Below, piece after piece: positions 39,815-49,166 of a DNA stretch of 64,000 nucleotides (the first letter of the stretch is position 1; each line of letters opens with the position of its first letter). Both the position numbers and the translations under genes were made by a program. Location: assembly GCA_963778655.1 (NCBI GenBank), contig CAVZVA010000005.1:480001-544000 (forward strand), written 5' to 3'. The notes under the pieces were generated by a model that was not told the DNA's origin, made no database searches, and was given only the letters and a program-made list of their open reading frames with translations. The DNA is from an uncultured delta proteobacterium. GTDB taxonomy: Bacteria; Myxococcota_A; Polyangia; Polyangiales; JAFGIB01.

Positions 39815-41059
39815 ATGCGAAGGGTCGTGGTCACAGGTGTGGGCGCCATCAGTCCTTGTGGACTGGACGTGACGAGCACGTGGGGTGCCATTCAAGAGGG
39901 CAAGAGCGGGATCGCGCGGATCACGCGCTTCGACCCCAGCGCTTTCGCCACCCAGATCGCCGGTGAGTGCACCGGCTTCGATCCTGAGAAGTACTTCGAG
40001 CGCAAACGTGTCCGCGAAGGCGACACGTTCATTCACTTGGCGGTCGGCGCCAGCGTGCAGGCGGTGGAGGACGCCGGCTTCGCGCCGAGCGACGAGCTGA
40101 AGGAACGCACCGGCACGTTCATCGGCGTGGGCATGTGCGGGCTCGGCCTGATCGAGGAGCAGCACGACGTGCTGCGCGACAAGGGGCCGCGGCGCATGAC
40201 GCCGTACTTCATTCCGGGCGCGATCGCCAACCTGGCCCCGGGTCAGGTGTCGATCCGCTACGGCCTCAAGGGACCCAGCTACACCACCACCAGCGCGTGC
40301 GCGTCGGGCGCCCACGCCATCGGCGAGGCCATGCGCTGGATCCAGCGCGGCGACATCGACGCGGCCGTGGCTGGCGGGGCCGAAGCGGCGGTGACGCCGC
40401 TCGGCGTGGGTGGCTTCAATGCGATGCGAGCGCTCTCCAAGCGCAACGGCGAGCCGCAGAAGGCGAGTCGGCCGTTCGACCGCGATCGCGACGGCTTCGT
40501 CATGGCCGAGGGCGCGGGCATCCTGCTGATCGAGGAACGCGAGATGGCCCTGCGCCGCGGCGCCAAGATCTACTGCGAGCTGGTCGGCTACGGCGCGACC
40601 GCCGATGCCTTTCACCTGACCCAGCCGGCGCCCGAGGCAGAGGGCGCGCAGCGCGCGATGAAGCAGGCGCTCAAGGACGCCAAGCTCGAGCTGACGGCGG
40701 TCGACTACATCAACGCGCACGGCACCTCGACGTCGGCCGGCGACATCAACGAGCTGATCGCGATTCACCGTGTCTTCGGCGATCGCGCGCGCGGCGGCCT
40801 GATGATCTCGAGCACCAAGTCGATGACGGGCCACCTGCTGGGCGCGGCCGGCGGGCTCGAGACGGTGTTGTGCGCGCTCGCGCTGCGCGACGGTGTGGTT
40901 CCGCCCACCATCAACCTCGATAATCCGGACGAAGGGGCGGCCGGCTTCGACCTCGTGCCCCACGTCTCGCGGCGCAAGCCCTTGCGCGCCGTGCTCTCGA
41001 ACTCTTTCGGCTTCGGCGGTACCAATGTAACGCTCGCCCTGAGGCGGCATGACTCGTGA
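39815..41059 (+). CDS. fabF: 3-oxoacyl-ACP synthase II
   Basis: RRVVVTG, SACASG, RPFDRDRDGFVMAEGAG, NAHGTST, STKSMTGHLLGAAG, SNSFGFGGTN. Confidence 0.97.
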   Translation: MRRVVVTGVGAISPCGLDVTSTWGAIQEGKSGIARITRFDPSAFATQIAGECTGFDPEKYFERKRVREGDTFIHLAVGASVQAVEDAGFAPSDELKERTGTFIGVGMCGLGLIEEQHDVLRDKGPRRMTPYFIPGAIANLAPGQVSIRYGLKGPSYTTTSACASGAHAIGEAMRWIQRGDIDAAVAGGAEAAVTPLGVGGFNAMRALSKRNGEPQKASRPFDRDRDGFVMAEGAGILLIEEREMALRRGAKIYCELVGYGATADAFHLTQPAPEAEGAQRAMKQALKDAKLELTAVDYINAHGTSTSAGDINELIAIHRVFGDRARGGLMISSTKSMTGHLLGAAGGLETVLCALALRDGVVPPTINLDNPDEGAAGFDLVPHVSRRKPLRAVLSNSFGFGGTNVTLALRRHDS

Positions 41060-41218
41060 ACCGCCGTCGAGATGCGGTCAATCCTCGCAAACGATGCGGG
41101 CTCGCCCGCTGCGTTGCCACTCCTTGAAATGCGAGGTGTATTCCTGCGCCGCGGCGCCTTGCGCTCGAGCCCACCTCGCTCGCGATCCCTTGAGCTCATC
41201 TCGGCGGCGGCGCACTAG
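41053..41218. mobile_element. MITE-like palindromic element, family A, copy 2
   Basis: CCGCCGTCGAGATG (41061-41074) ... CATCTCGGCGGCGGCGCACTAG (41197-41218); alignable by eye to 29053-29226 over its whole length. Confidence 0.75.
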
Positions 41219-41278
41219 CGCGCCGGGTGCTGGTGTCGCGGCGCCGCCGGGACCGAGACCCACGCGCGAGGCGCGGGC

Positions 41279-41725
41279 ATGAGCGCGGCTGGCAAGCTGG
41301 CGCTGGGAGCCGACCACGCAGGGTTCGCGCTCAAGGAGCAGCTCAAGCCGCTGCTCGAACAGGTCGGGCAGGCGTTCGAGGATCTGGGTACGCACGACGA
41401 GCGCTCCTGCGACTATCCGGATTTCGCGCACGCGGTCGCGGGCGGGGTGGCGCAGGGCCGCTACGCCCTGGGCCTGCTGGTGTGCGGGACGGGTATTGGC
41501 ATGAGCATCGCCGCCAATCGCCATCCGGGGGTGCGCGCGGCCCTGTGCAGTGAGCCGTTCTCGGCGCGCATGGCGCGCGCGCACAACGACGCCAACTTGT
41601 TGTGCCTCGGCGCCCGGGTGGTGGGCCTGGGGCTGGCGCAGGAGATCGTGCGGACGTTCCTGGCGGCCAACTTCGAGGGCGGGCGGCACGCCGCGCGTGT
41701 CGCCAAGCTCGAGCCGGCGCCGTGA
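41279..41725 (+). CDS. rpiB: Ribose-5-phosphate isomerase B
   Basis: GADHAGF, DYPDFA, CGTGIGMSIAAN, HNDANLL, FEGGRH. Confidence 0.97.
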   Translation: MSAAGKLALGADHAGFALKEQLKPLLEQVGQAFEDLGTHDERSCDYPDFAHAVAGGVAQGRYALGLLVCGTGIGMSIAANRHPGVRAALCSEPFSARMARAHNDANLLCLGARVVGLGLAQEIVRTFLAANFEGGRHAARVAKLEPAP

Positions 41726-41919
41726 AGCTGCCGCAGCAAGCCTCCTTTCGCCTGCAGCGCGAGCGCTTCGCGCTGCGTTACACCTGCGAGCACTGCGCGC
41801 TCTTCGATCCGCAGGTAGAACGCTGTGCCCACGGCTTCCCGACTGACGAGCACCGTCTCGCGTACTACGCGCGTCACGACGTGCCGGTGGTATTCTGTAA
41901 GGACTTCGAGCTGGCTTAG
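41722..41919 (+). CDS. Small Cys/His-rich hypothetical protein (65 aa)
   Basis: GTG overlaps the rpiB stop (GTGA); CEHC-x9-CAHGFP...FCKDFEL. Confidence 0.7.
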   Translation: MKLPQQASFRLQRERFALRYTCEHCALFDPQVERCAHGFPTDEHRLAYYARHDVPVVFCKDFELA

Positions 41920-41926
41920 GACCCGC

Positions 41927-42009
41927 AGCTCCCGCGAGTACGCCTCGCTCCGGGGCGCCGGGCGCGCTCGCTCCTGAAGCCTTCTGGGCGGGAGCTAGTG
42001 CACCGCCGT
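41927..42009. repeat. Short CTAG-ended palindrome plus remnant of the family A terminus
   Basis: AGCTCCCGC (41927-41935) / GCGGGAGCT (41988-41996), overlapping CTAGTGCACCGCCGT (41995-42009). Confidence 0.5.
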
Positions 42010-42010
42010 G

Positions 42011-43192
42011 CTACTTTCCGTCTGCCCGCCTTCCTGTTGCATCTGCTCCGAGCCGCCAGCGCGGATCGCGCGGGGCGAGCGGGAGCGGTTGCCAGGGCGG
42101 GGTCGGGGGATCGGCGGCCCAGCGCCGGCCGAAGATGGCCTGCAGCACGGGCTCGGCCTGCTTGCCATGCGGGGAGAAGCCCCAGATCGCTTCCTGCGAG
42201 ACATCGTCGAGGTTCGCGTAGTAGCGCCACAGGAAGAAGCCGTAGATCCACGGCCGGCTGGCGGCCGCCGAGGCTAGCGCCGACAGCGCGCGCGCCTGTT
42301 CGTGCTCGTCGACGGTGACGTTCGTCATGTCGTCGGGCCACAGCCACGGCTCGACCGCCGCGTCGGTTCGCGTGGTGTAGCCGATCTCCACCAGCACCAC
42401 CGGCTTCTGCAGGGTGCGGGCCAGCACGCCCAGCCGGTCGAGCGCCTGCGCGGCGCCCTGCGCGTAGGCCGCATCGCTGGCGCCGTGGGTCTGCGCCAGC
42501 GGGTAGAACGCGTTGATGCCGATGAAGTCGAGCTGGTCCCAGAACAGCACCCCTTCGGCCTCGTCCCAGTTGGCCGAGTAGGTGAGTTGCCCGTGGAACA
42601 CGCCACGCACGTCGGCGATCAGCTTCGACCAGTAGTCGCCAAAGCGTCCCGACCACGACTTGCACTCGACGCCGATCGAGAGCGCGTCTGCGCCGAACGC
42701 CTCGGCGTCGCGGGCCCAGGCCAGGATGAAGCGACGGTAGGATGCCTGGTACGCCGCCCAGCCGGCCGCGCTGCCTGGGTCGATCTCGCCGCGCCAGCCG
42801 CCGGTCTCCACCCACAGGTGCGGGATCAGCAGCACGCGCAGCCCGCGCGCCTTGGCCTGCGCGATCATGCGCGCCACGTTGCGACGGTTCTGCGCGTAGG
42901 GCAGCTCGAAGTCCATCGAGATCTGCGTGCTGCGCAGGCTCCACAGCCGCCCGAACGGCGTGATCGAAACCGCATTGGCGCCCAGGCGCACCAGCTCGTC
43001 GAGCAGCGCCGCGCTGTAGGGTGTGCCGTAGCCGCGGCCCGGCTGCTGTGAGGACTCGATCGGGCCCACGGTGATGCCGCGCAGCGCGGGCTCGTCACGG
43101 CCCGGCCCGGGCCAGGCGTAGGCCCGGGTCGCGGCGAGAGCCAGCAACAACATGGCGCCGGGCAAGGCGCGACGAATGCAGCGGGCGACCAT
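42011..43192 (-). CDS. Secreted GH113-like / clan-A TIM-barrel glycoside hydrolase
   Basis: Signal peptide; GLRVLLIPHL, WRGEI, SIGVE (acid/base), LTYSANWD, IGINAFYPL, VLVEIGY (nucleophile). Confidence 0.8.
   Translation of the reverse strand: MVARCIRRALPGAMLLLALAATRAYAWPGPGRDEPALRGITVGPIESSQQPGRGYGTPYSAALLDELVRLGANAVSITPFGRLWSLRSTQISMDFELPYAQNRRNVARMIAQAKARGLRVLLIPHLWVETGGWRGEIDPGSAAGWAAYQASYRRFILAWARDAEAFGADALSIGVECKSWSGRFGDYWSKLIADVRGVFHGQLTYSANWDEAEGVLFWDQLDFIGINAFYPLAQTHGASDAAYAQGAAQALDRLGVLARTLQKPVVLVEIGYTTRTDAAVEPWLWPDDMTNVTVDEHEQARALSALASAAASRPWIYGFFLWRYYANLDDVSQEAIWGFSPHGKQAEPVLQAIFGRRWAADPPTPPWQPLPLAPRDPRWRLGADATGRRADGK
42014..42040. repeat. Family C half-site within the GH113 3' end
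   Basis: CTTTCCGTCTGCCCGCCTTCCTGTTGC. Confidence 0.45.
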
Positions 43193-43275
43193 CTGGTCGC
43201 GGTCTTACCCCGAGACCGGGACGGATTCACCACAATCGTGGCGCCGGGCGCGCCGCTGCGACTCCGCCGGCCGCG

Positions 43276-43304
43276 TTGCGGCCCGGGCGGCGGCAGCGTA
43301 CGAT
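43276..43304 (+). promoter_or_regulatory. sigma70-type promoter
   Basis: TTGCGG-N17-TACGAT, 9 nt before ATG 43314. Confidence 0.55.
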
Positions 43305-43313
43305 CGCGGCACC

Positions 43314-44105
43314 ATGGCAGGTGCTCCGGCCAGGGTGGAATCGGGTGTGTGGGTCGCTGGGCTGCGCGAGCTGCTGCTGCCGCTCGCGGTCGCCGCGTGC
43401 TTCGTCCTGTACTACTTCGCGGAGCAGCCGTGGTGGGTGATGGTCGCGGTCGCGCTGCCGATGCTCGCGCTGTATCTGTTCGCGCCGCGCTGGGCCGCGC
43501 TCTCGGTGGCTCGCTTCGACCGCGACCTGGTGCGGTTGCTTTCGACCGGGCGCCAATCGTTGCTACCCGGCCGCTACGCGCGCTCGTTCGGGATGCGGAT
43601 GTTCTCGGCGCCGGCTGTTCGCGCCGAGCGACGCGCGGTGGTCGCCGCCGAAAACGGGCATCCGGCCGAGGCCCGCGCCGCGTACCGCAACGCGCTGCGC
43701 GAGCAGCCCAGCGGCGCGCCTCTGCGGGTGCTGCTGGGCTACGCACACGCGTGCTACGCGCTGGGGGACGACGTGGAGGCGATTCGGGTCTATCGCGAGT
43801 TGCTCGACCAGGCCGGCTCACTGCCGGGCGTGCGCCGCAATCTCGCCCACGCGCTGGTGCGCCACGGCGACTCGTTGCGCGAGGCGCTGTCGCTGATTGA
43901 GGGCGACCTCGCGCTGGATACCGGCTCCGAGCGCAAGGCCGAGCGCGACCTGCTGCGGGCCGTGGCCCACGCCAAGCTGGGCGAGCGCGAGCGAGCGCGC
44001 GAGCTGGCCGAGCAGAGCGCGCAGGCGCAAGGCGACCTGGCCGTCGCGCTGCGGGTCGAGCTGCAGCGCGCCCTGGACGGCGCCGCGGCCCCCCGCCCAA
44101 CCTGA
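43314..44105 (+). CDS. Membrane protein with TPR-like helical domain
   Basis: Two N-terminal TM helices; TPR-like YAHACYALGDDVEAIRVYRELL, NLAHAL and AHAKLGE. Confidence 0.65.
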   Translation: MAGAPARVESGVWVAGLRELLLPLAVAACFVLYYFAEQPWWVMVAVALPMLALYLFAPRWAALSVARFDRDLVRLLSTGRQSLLPGRYARSFGMRMFSAPAVRAERRAVVAAENGHPAEARAAYRNALREQPSGAPLRVLLGYAHACYALGDDVEAIRVYRELLDQAGSLPGVRRNLAHALVRHGDSLREALSLIEGDLALDTGSERKAERDLLRAVAHAKLGERERARELAEQSAQAQGDLAVALRVELQRALDGAAAPRPT

Positions 44106-44111
44106 GCGTGA

Positions 44112-44231
44112 AACAGGTACGCGGGAAGACGGGAAGCTCTGGCGATTCCGTTCGGGTGCCGTGGCCTGGGTGCCGGCGACGGTCGAGCGCGCACCCTACG
44201 CCCGATCCCAACGTCTGCCCCTCTTCCCGTG
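44112..44231. repeat. Palindromic repeat, family C (degenerate)
   Basis: AACAGGTACGCGGGAAGACGGGAAG ... TCTGCCCCTCTTCCCGTG between convergent genes. Confidence 0.5.
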
Positions 44232-44241
44232 TCTCGGGACG

Positions 44242-44832
44242 TCAGCCGCCAGCTTTGCGCAGCTCTTGCAAGACCAGCTTGGCCACCGCCTTGAGCGTGT
44301 CGAACACGCCGACGCCCTGCGGCGCGACCGCCTCGAACTCGGGCGCGGCCTTGGGGTTGAGCTCGACGCGCAGCTCGTCGACCGGAACCACCCCGGGCAT
44401 GTCGCGCTTGTTGTACTGGATGACGAAGGGGATGTTATCGAGCGAATAGCCCTGCTCGGCCAGGTTGTTGCGCAGGTTCTCCATCGACTCGAGGTTCGCT
44501 TCCATGCGCGCCAGCTGCGAGTCGGCCACGAACACCACGCCGTCCACGCCCTTGAGGATCAGCTTGCGGCTGGCATCGTAGAACACCTGCCCGGGCACGG
44601 TGTAGAGGTGGAAGCGGGTCTTGAAGCCGCGGATCTCGCCCAGCGCCAGTGGCAGGAAGTCGAAGAACAGGGTGCGCTCGGTCTCGGTCGCGAGCGAGAT
44701 CATCTTGCCGCGCGCGCCGGGATTGGTCTTGCCGTAGATGTACTGCAGATTCGCGGTCTTCCCGCACAGACCGGGACCGTAGTACACGATCTTGCAGTTG
44801 ATTTCCCGCGACAGGTAGTTGATGAAAGACAT
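44242..44832 (-). CDS. mglA: Gliding-motility small Ras-like GTPase MglA
   Basis: [68 protein letters not shown]. Confidence 0.98.
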   Translation of the reverse strand: MSFINYLSREINCKIVYYGPGLCGKTANLQYIYGKTNPGARGKMISLATETERTLFFDFLPLALGEIRGFKTRFHLYTVPGQVFYDASRKLILKGVDGVVFVADSQLARMEANLESMENLRNNLAEQGYSLDNIPFVIQYNKRDMPGVVPVDELRVELNPKAAPEFEAVAPQGVGVFDTLKAVAKLVLQELRKAGG

Positions 44833-44846
44833 GCGGCCGCTACCCG

Positions 44847-45326
44847 TCAGTCGTTGAAGAGGTTGTCGATGTCATCGTCGGTGATCTCGGCGAACATCGC
44901 ATTCCCCGGGCCGGTCGACTTGGCGGCGAGCGCCTGGAAGATGCCGCCAAGCTGCTCGCTGGCTTTCTTCACGCGCAGCCGCACCAGGCCCAGGCTGGTC
45001 TTCTTGTCGAAGATCACGACCAGGATCACGCGGTTGTCCACCAGTTGAATGTGGATGTTGGCGTTCTCGCCCTCGTGAAACTGGGTGGTGAACTCGTTCT
45101 CGCGCAGCAGCTTGGCCATGCCGCCGGTCGCGGCGATGTTGCCCGCGGTGAGCGAGGCGAGCGAGGTCGTGTCGATGTGCGACGCATCCCCGCCGGCCGC
45201 GATCAGCTGGCCGTTCTTGTCGATGATGAAAGCGACGCTCGCGTTCGCGGCGTTCACCAGGGTGTCGATGATCCCTTGGATCTGTCGAAACTCCTCTTCG
45301 TACATCACCATTTGCGGGTCAGGCAT
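44847..45326 (-). CDS. mglB: Roadblock/LC7 GAP MglB
   Basis: [49 protein letters not shown]; directly upstream of mglA. Confidence 0.97.
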   Translation of the reverse strand: MPDPQMVMYEEEFRQIQGIIDTLVNAANASVAFIIDKNGQLIAAGGDASHIDTTSLASLTAGNIAATGGMAKLLRENEFTTQFHEGENANIHIQLVDNRVILVVIFDKKTSLGLVRLRVKKASEQLGGIFQALAAKSTGPGNAMFAEITDDDIDNLFND

Positions 45327-45555
45327 TAAGTCCTCCGCGCGTCATCGCGCCGCAGCCTGCTGAAGGGATTGACGTTGGTATCAGAGCGAGTCGGGTAGCG
45401 GCAAGTCCTCGGGAGGCCGGGATCCATCGAATTCCAGCTATCATATCCGGCTGTTACGAGCTGCACAATTTCCCTTTTTAGACTTTCTCGGCGAACCGTC
45501 CGCACGTTCGGCCAGGACGAGCCCGATTCGCGGCTCGCTGCGCTATGGTAGCGCC

Positions 45556-47292
45556 GTGCGCGCGGCGCTGCGTTTGCTCGGGAATCTGCTGCGGATCGCG
45601 CTGTGGCCGCTGTGGCTCGGGTCCCGGCGGCTGCGGCGGCCCCGAGGCCGTTTCGTCGAGGTGCGCCTGCACGCCCATCCGGTCGAGGTCGCAGGTCGTG
45701 CGCGGCTGTGGCAGCGGCTGCTCCGGCGCGACGGCGCCGGTCGGATGCGATCGATCGCCGAGCTGCGCGAGCTGGCCGACCTGGTCGGCGCAGATCCGCG
45801 TGCCGATGGGTTGTTGCTTCACTTGCCGCACCTGCGCGCCGGTTGGGCCACATGCAGCAGCCTGCGCGACGTGATCTCGTCGCTGCGCGCGCGCGGCAAG
45901 CGCGTGGTCGCGTACCTGCCGCTGGGCGGCGGCAACCGCGAGCTGTACGTGGCGCTGGCCGCCGACCGCGTGATCGCCTCGCCGCAGGCGCCGCTCTCGC
46001 TGCTGGGGGTCGCCAGCAGCGCGCTCTACCTCAAGCCACTGCTCGACCGGCTGGGGGTGCAGGCCGAGGTGCACGCCCACGGTGAGTTCAAGACCGCGGC
46101 CGAGAGCGTGCTGCGCGAGGAGATGAGCGAGCCCGAGCGCGAACAGCTCGGCGCACTGATCGACAACCTGCAGCGCGAGCTGGCGCGGGCGCTGTGCTCG
46201 CGGCCGGGCTTCGACGCCGAGCGCGCGGCCGCGCTGCTGGCGCGCGGCCTGTGGGGGGCCGCGGCGGCACTCGAGCAAGGGCTGCTGGACGCCTGCTGCT
46301 ACGAGGACGAGCTGCCGCGCGAGCTCGGCCAGGACGCGGGCGACGGCGGTCGCGGGCTGGTCCCGGCGGCGCGCTACCTGGCCTTTCGGCGCGCGCGGCT
46401 TTGGCAACCCTTACGCCCGCCGCCGCTGGTGGCGGTGGTGGCGGTGCACGGCGCGATCGTGCACGGGGCCCTGTTCCCGCGTCTGCCCGGGTCGCGCGCG
46501 GCGGTGCTCGAAGGCGTGGTGGGCGCGCTGCGCCGGGCGCGCCGCAGCCGGCGCGTGCGCGCGGTCCTGCTGCACGTGGATTCGCCCGGCGGCTCGGCCC
46601 TGGCCAGCGATCTGATCCACCGCGAGCTGGTGCGCCTGCGCGAGAAGAAGCCCGTGGTGGCCTACCTCGGCGACGTGGCCGCCAGCGGCGGCTACTACGT
46701 GGCAGCCCCGTGCCAGCGCATCGTCGCTCAGCCCACCACGGTCACCGGCTCGATCGGGGTGGTCTCGGTGCGCCTGCTCGGGGTGGTGCTCGCGCAGCGC
46801 CTGGGGGTGCGCCCGCAGGTCGTGCGCGGCGCGCCGCACGCGGATCTCGGCTCGCCCTTTCGGGCGCTCGACGAGCAGGAGCAGGCGATGATCCGCGCCG
46901 AGACCGACGCCATCTACCGCAGCTTCGTCGCCGTGGTGGCCCAGGGACGCCAGCGCACCCTCGAGGAGGTCGAGCCGCTTGCTCGGGGCCGCGTGTGGTC
47001 GGGCGCCGCCGCCGCGGAACGCGGTCTGGTCGACGAGCTGGGCGGCTTCGATCGCGCGCTTTTGAGGCTGCGCGAGCTGACGCCTTCGCTGCGCGATCTG
47101 CCGCAGCACGCGATCGCGCTGAAGGTGCTGGGGCCCGGCGCGGGCGCTCCGCCGCCGCCGCCCGAGCCCGAGAGCACGGCGTGGTGGTCGCGCCTGCTGG
47201 CAAAGCTGCCGTCCGAAATCGGGGAGGCCTTCTGGCTGCTGGGGGGCGACGAGCACGCGTTGTGCTACGCGGCGCTGCCGGAGCTGCGCTGA
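45556..47292 (+). CDS. sppA: Signal peptide peptidase SppA (S49, tandem-domain)
   Basis: GEFKTAAE, VDSPGGSALAS, AASGGYY, TGSIGV, ARGRVWSG, GLVDELGG. Confidence 0.92.
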   Translation: MRAALRLLGNLLRIALWPLWLGSRRLRRPRGRFVEVRLHAHPVEVAGRARLWQRLLRRDGAGRMRSIAELRELADLVGADPRADGLLLHLPHLRAGWATCSSLRDVISSLRARGKRVVAYLPLGGGNRELYVALAADRVIASPQAPLSLLGVASSALYLKPLLDRLGVQAEVHAHGEFKTAAESVLREEMSEPEREQLGALIDNLQRELARALCSRPGFDAERAAALLARGLWGAAAALEQGLLDACCYEDELPRELGQDAGDGGRGLVPAARYLAFRRARLWQPLRPPPLVAVVAVHGAIVHGALFPRLPGSRAAVLEGVVGALRRARRSRRVRAVLLHVDSPGGSALASDLIHRELVRLREKKPVVAYLGDVAASGGYYVAAPCQRIVAQPTTVTGSIGVVSVRLLGVVLAQRLGVRPQVVRGAPHADLGSPFRALDEQEQAMIRAETDAIYRSFVAVVAQGRQRTLEEVEPLARGRVWSGAAAAERGLVDELGGFDRALLRLRELTPSLRDLPQHAIALKVLGPGAGAPPPPPEPESTAWWSRLLAKLPSEIGEAFWLLGGDEHALCYAALPELR

Positions 47293-47355
47293 GGCGCTGC
47301 TGGCCTGGTCTCGGCGCGGTCGAATATGGTAAGGGCCAATCCGGAGGAGACACCC

Positions 47356-47955
47356 ATGCGTAGCGCATCGTTCGGCAGCGTCATCGTGGCGATCGGGCTC
47401 GCCTTCGGGTTCGGTTGCGGCGGCAGCGGCAGCGACGTCAAGCCCGGTCCCATGCCCGACAAGGGGACCTTCACCGGCGTGTATTTCTCGCCGCAGTACG
47501 GGGAGATGCACATGGTGCAAAACGGCACCGCGGTGGTCGGCAAGTACAAGAAGGACGAGCGCTCGGGCACGATCCAAGGCGAAGCGGACGGCGATCTGAT
47601 GCGCTTCGAGTGGACCGAGTACAAGGCGATGGTCCAGAACCGTCCCCAGGAAACGCGCGGCCATGGCTACTTCCGCTACATGATCGATCCGTCCAACGGC
47701 GATCACCTGTTGAAAGGGCGCTGGGGGCTGGACGACAGCGACACCAACGGCGGTCCCTGGAACGCGTACAAGTCGCGCACGCGCGAGCCCGACCTGGAGC
47801 ACTTCGGAGCCGACATTCCGACCGCGGGCGGCGATAACGGGGCCAGCAGCGGCGATCAGGGCTCGACCGACGAGACGGGCGGCGGCAGCTCGGACGATAA
47901 CTCCGGTAGCAGCAGCAGCAGCGGCGGCGACGAGAGCGGCGACGACATCTTCTGA
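47356..47955 (+). CDS. Hypothetical lipoprotein (small beta-barrel-like, acidic Ser/Gly tail)
   Basis: GGAGGA SD, lipobox GFGC, strongly GC3-biased codons. Confidence 0.75.
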   Translation: MRSASFGSVIVAIGLAFGFGCGGSGSDVKPGPMPDKGTFTGVYFSPQYGEMHMVQNGTAVVGKYKKDERSGTIQGEADGDLMRFEWTEYKAMVQNRPQETRGHGYFRYMIDPSNGDHLLKGRWGLDDSDTNGGPWNAYKSRTREPDLEHFGADIPTAGGDNGASSGDQGSTDETGGGSSDDNSGSSSSSGGDESGDDIF

Positions 47956-47989
47956 CTCGCCGCAGCTGGTGCGGCGCACGTGGCAGCGC

Positions 47990-49015
47990 TCAGCGGCCGC
48001 GCGTGCTTCGCTCGCCGTCGCCGGCTCGGGTGGAGCGCGTGCGCCCGGCCGCGAGCAGGTAGTAGTACACCCCCGAGCCGACTAGCGCCGCGAACACGAG
48101 CTTGGCGGCGTAGGGCAGGGTGGGCTCATGGATTTGGCTGATCGTGCCTTCGATCACGCCGGCCAGCACCAAGATCGGCATCCCGCCGAGCACCAGCGCG
48201 GCGGCCCGCGGAGCCTCGGCCGCGAGCGCGTCGCGGCGCCGCCGCCGCCCCGGCAGCCATAGCGCGCGCGCCAGCAGCAGCCCGCCGCCTCCGGCGATGC
48301 ACACCACCGTCAGCTCGGGGATACCGTGCGGCAGGATCCACGCCCAGAAGAACAGGCCCAGCCCGCTCTGGTGATACTGCATCGCGAGCGCGCCGAGCGG
48401 GACGCCGTTGTAGAAGAGCATCGCCACCGTGCCCACGCCGAAGGTGATGCCGAGCGCGAAGACGATGAAGCTGACCTGGATGTTGTGGGTGAACAGCCAA
48501 CCCGAAAACGCCACCGACCGGTCCCCCGCCGCGCGCTTGCTCCGTTCGTCGTGTCCGACGCGCTCGCCGGGGGTCATCTGCTGGTGCGAGTCGGGAATCA
48601 GCGCGCCCAGCGAGTGTGGGTCGGTCGCCACGAACACGGCGCCGACCGCAGCTCCCGACAGCAGGATTGCGGCCGACAGCGCGATCGCGCGCAGCTCGGC
48701 GCGAAACAACCGTGGGAAGCCGCGGGCGAAGAATTCGACCACTCGCCGATCGGGGCGCGGTCGAGCCGCATGGATCACCGAGTATGCGCGAGCCACCACG
48801 TCGTTGAGGTAGTCGACAACGCGCGCGTTCACTTGCTCGGTGCGCGCGCGGATCAAGTCGGCCGAGACCGCGCGATATAGCTTGGCCAGCTCGCGGGCCG
48901 CCGCCAGGTCGAGCGTGGCGACGCCGCCGTGCTCCACGCGTCGCAGCAGCCGCTCCAGGCGGGCCCAGCTGGTGGTGCGCTCCTCGATGAAGCGATTGAC
49001 ATCGAAGCCGTGCAC
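47990..49015 (-). CDS. Stage II sporulation protein M (DUF95)-like membrane protein
   Basis: LYRAVSADL, YLNDVV, FTHNIQVSF, YNGVPLG, ILPHGIPEL, AGVIEG. Confidence 0.88.
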   Translation of the reverse strand: MHGFDVNRFIEERTTSWARLERLLRRVEHGGVATLDLAAARELAKLYRAVSADLIRARTEQVNARVVDYLNDVVARAYSVIHAARPRPDRRVVEFFARGFPRLFRAELRAIALSAAILLSGAAVGAVFVATDPHSLGALIPDSHQQMTPGERVGHDERSKRAAGDRSVAFSGWLFTHNIQVSFIVFALGITFGVGTVAMLFYNGVPLGALAMQYHQSGLGLFFWAWILPHGIPELTVVCIAGGGGLLLARALWLPGRRRRRDALAAEAPRAAALVLGGMPILVLAGVIEGTISQIHEPTLPYAAKLVFAALVGSGVYYYLLAAGRTRSTRAGDGERSTRGR

Positions 49016-49151
49016 GCCCGCTCCAGCATAGCACCTCGGGGACGGCACATCAGAGGCTCGGGCGGTCGCGTGGATCACCCGTGCCCTTCAACGCGGCTGG
49101 CCAGGCGCGCGCGAAACCCTTGCGCATAGAGGCACGTGTGGTTCGCGGGGT

Positions 49152-49160
49152 TGCTATAGT
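49152..49160 (+). promoter_or_regulatory. Extended -10 promoter element (leaderless RDD gene)
   Basis: TGCTATAGT 6 nt before GTG 49167. Confidence 0.55.
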
Positions 49161-49166
49161 GGGCGG

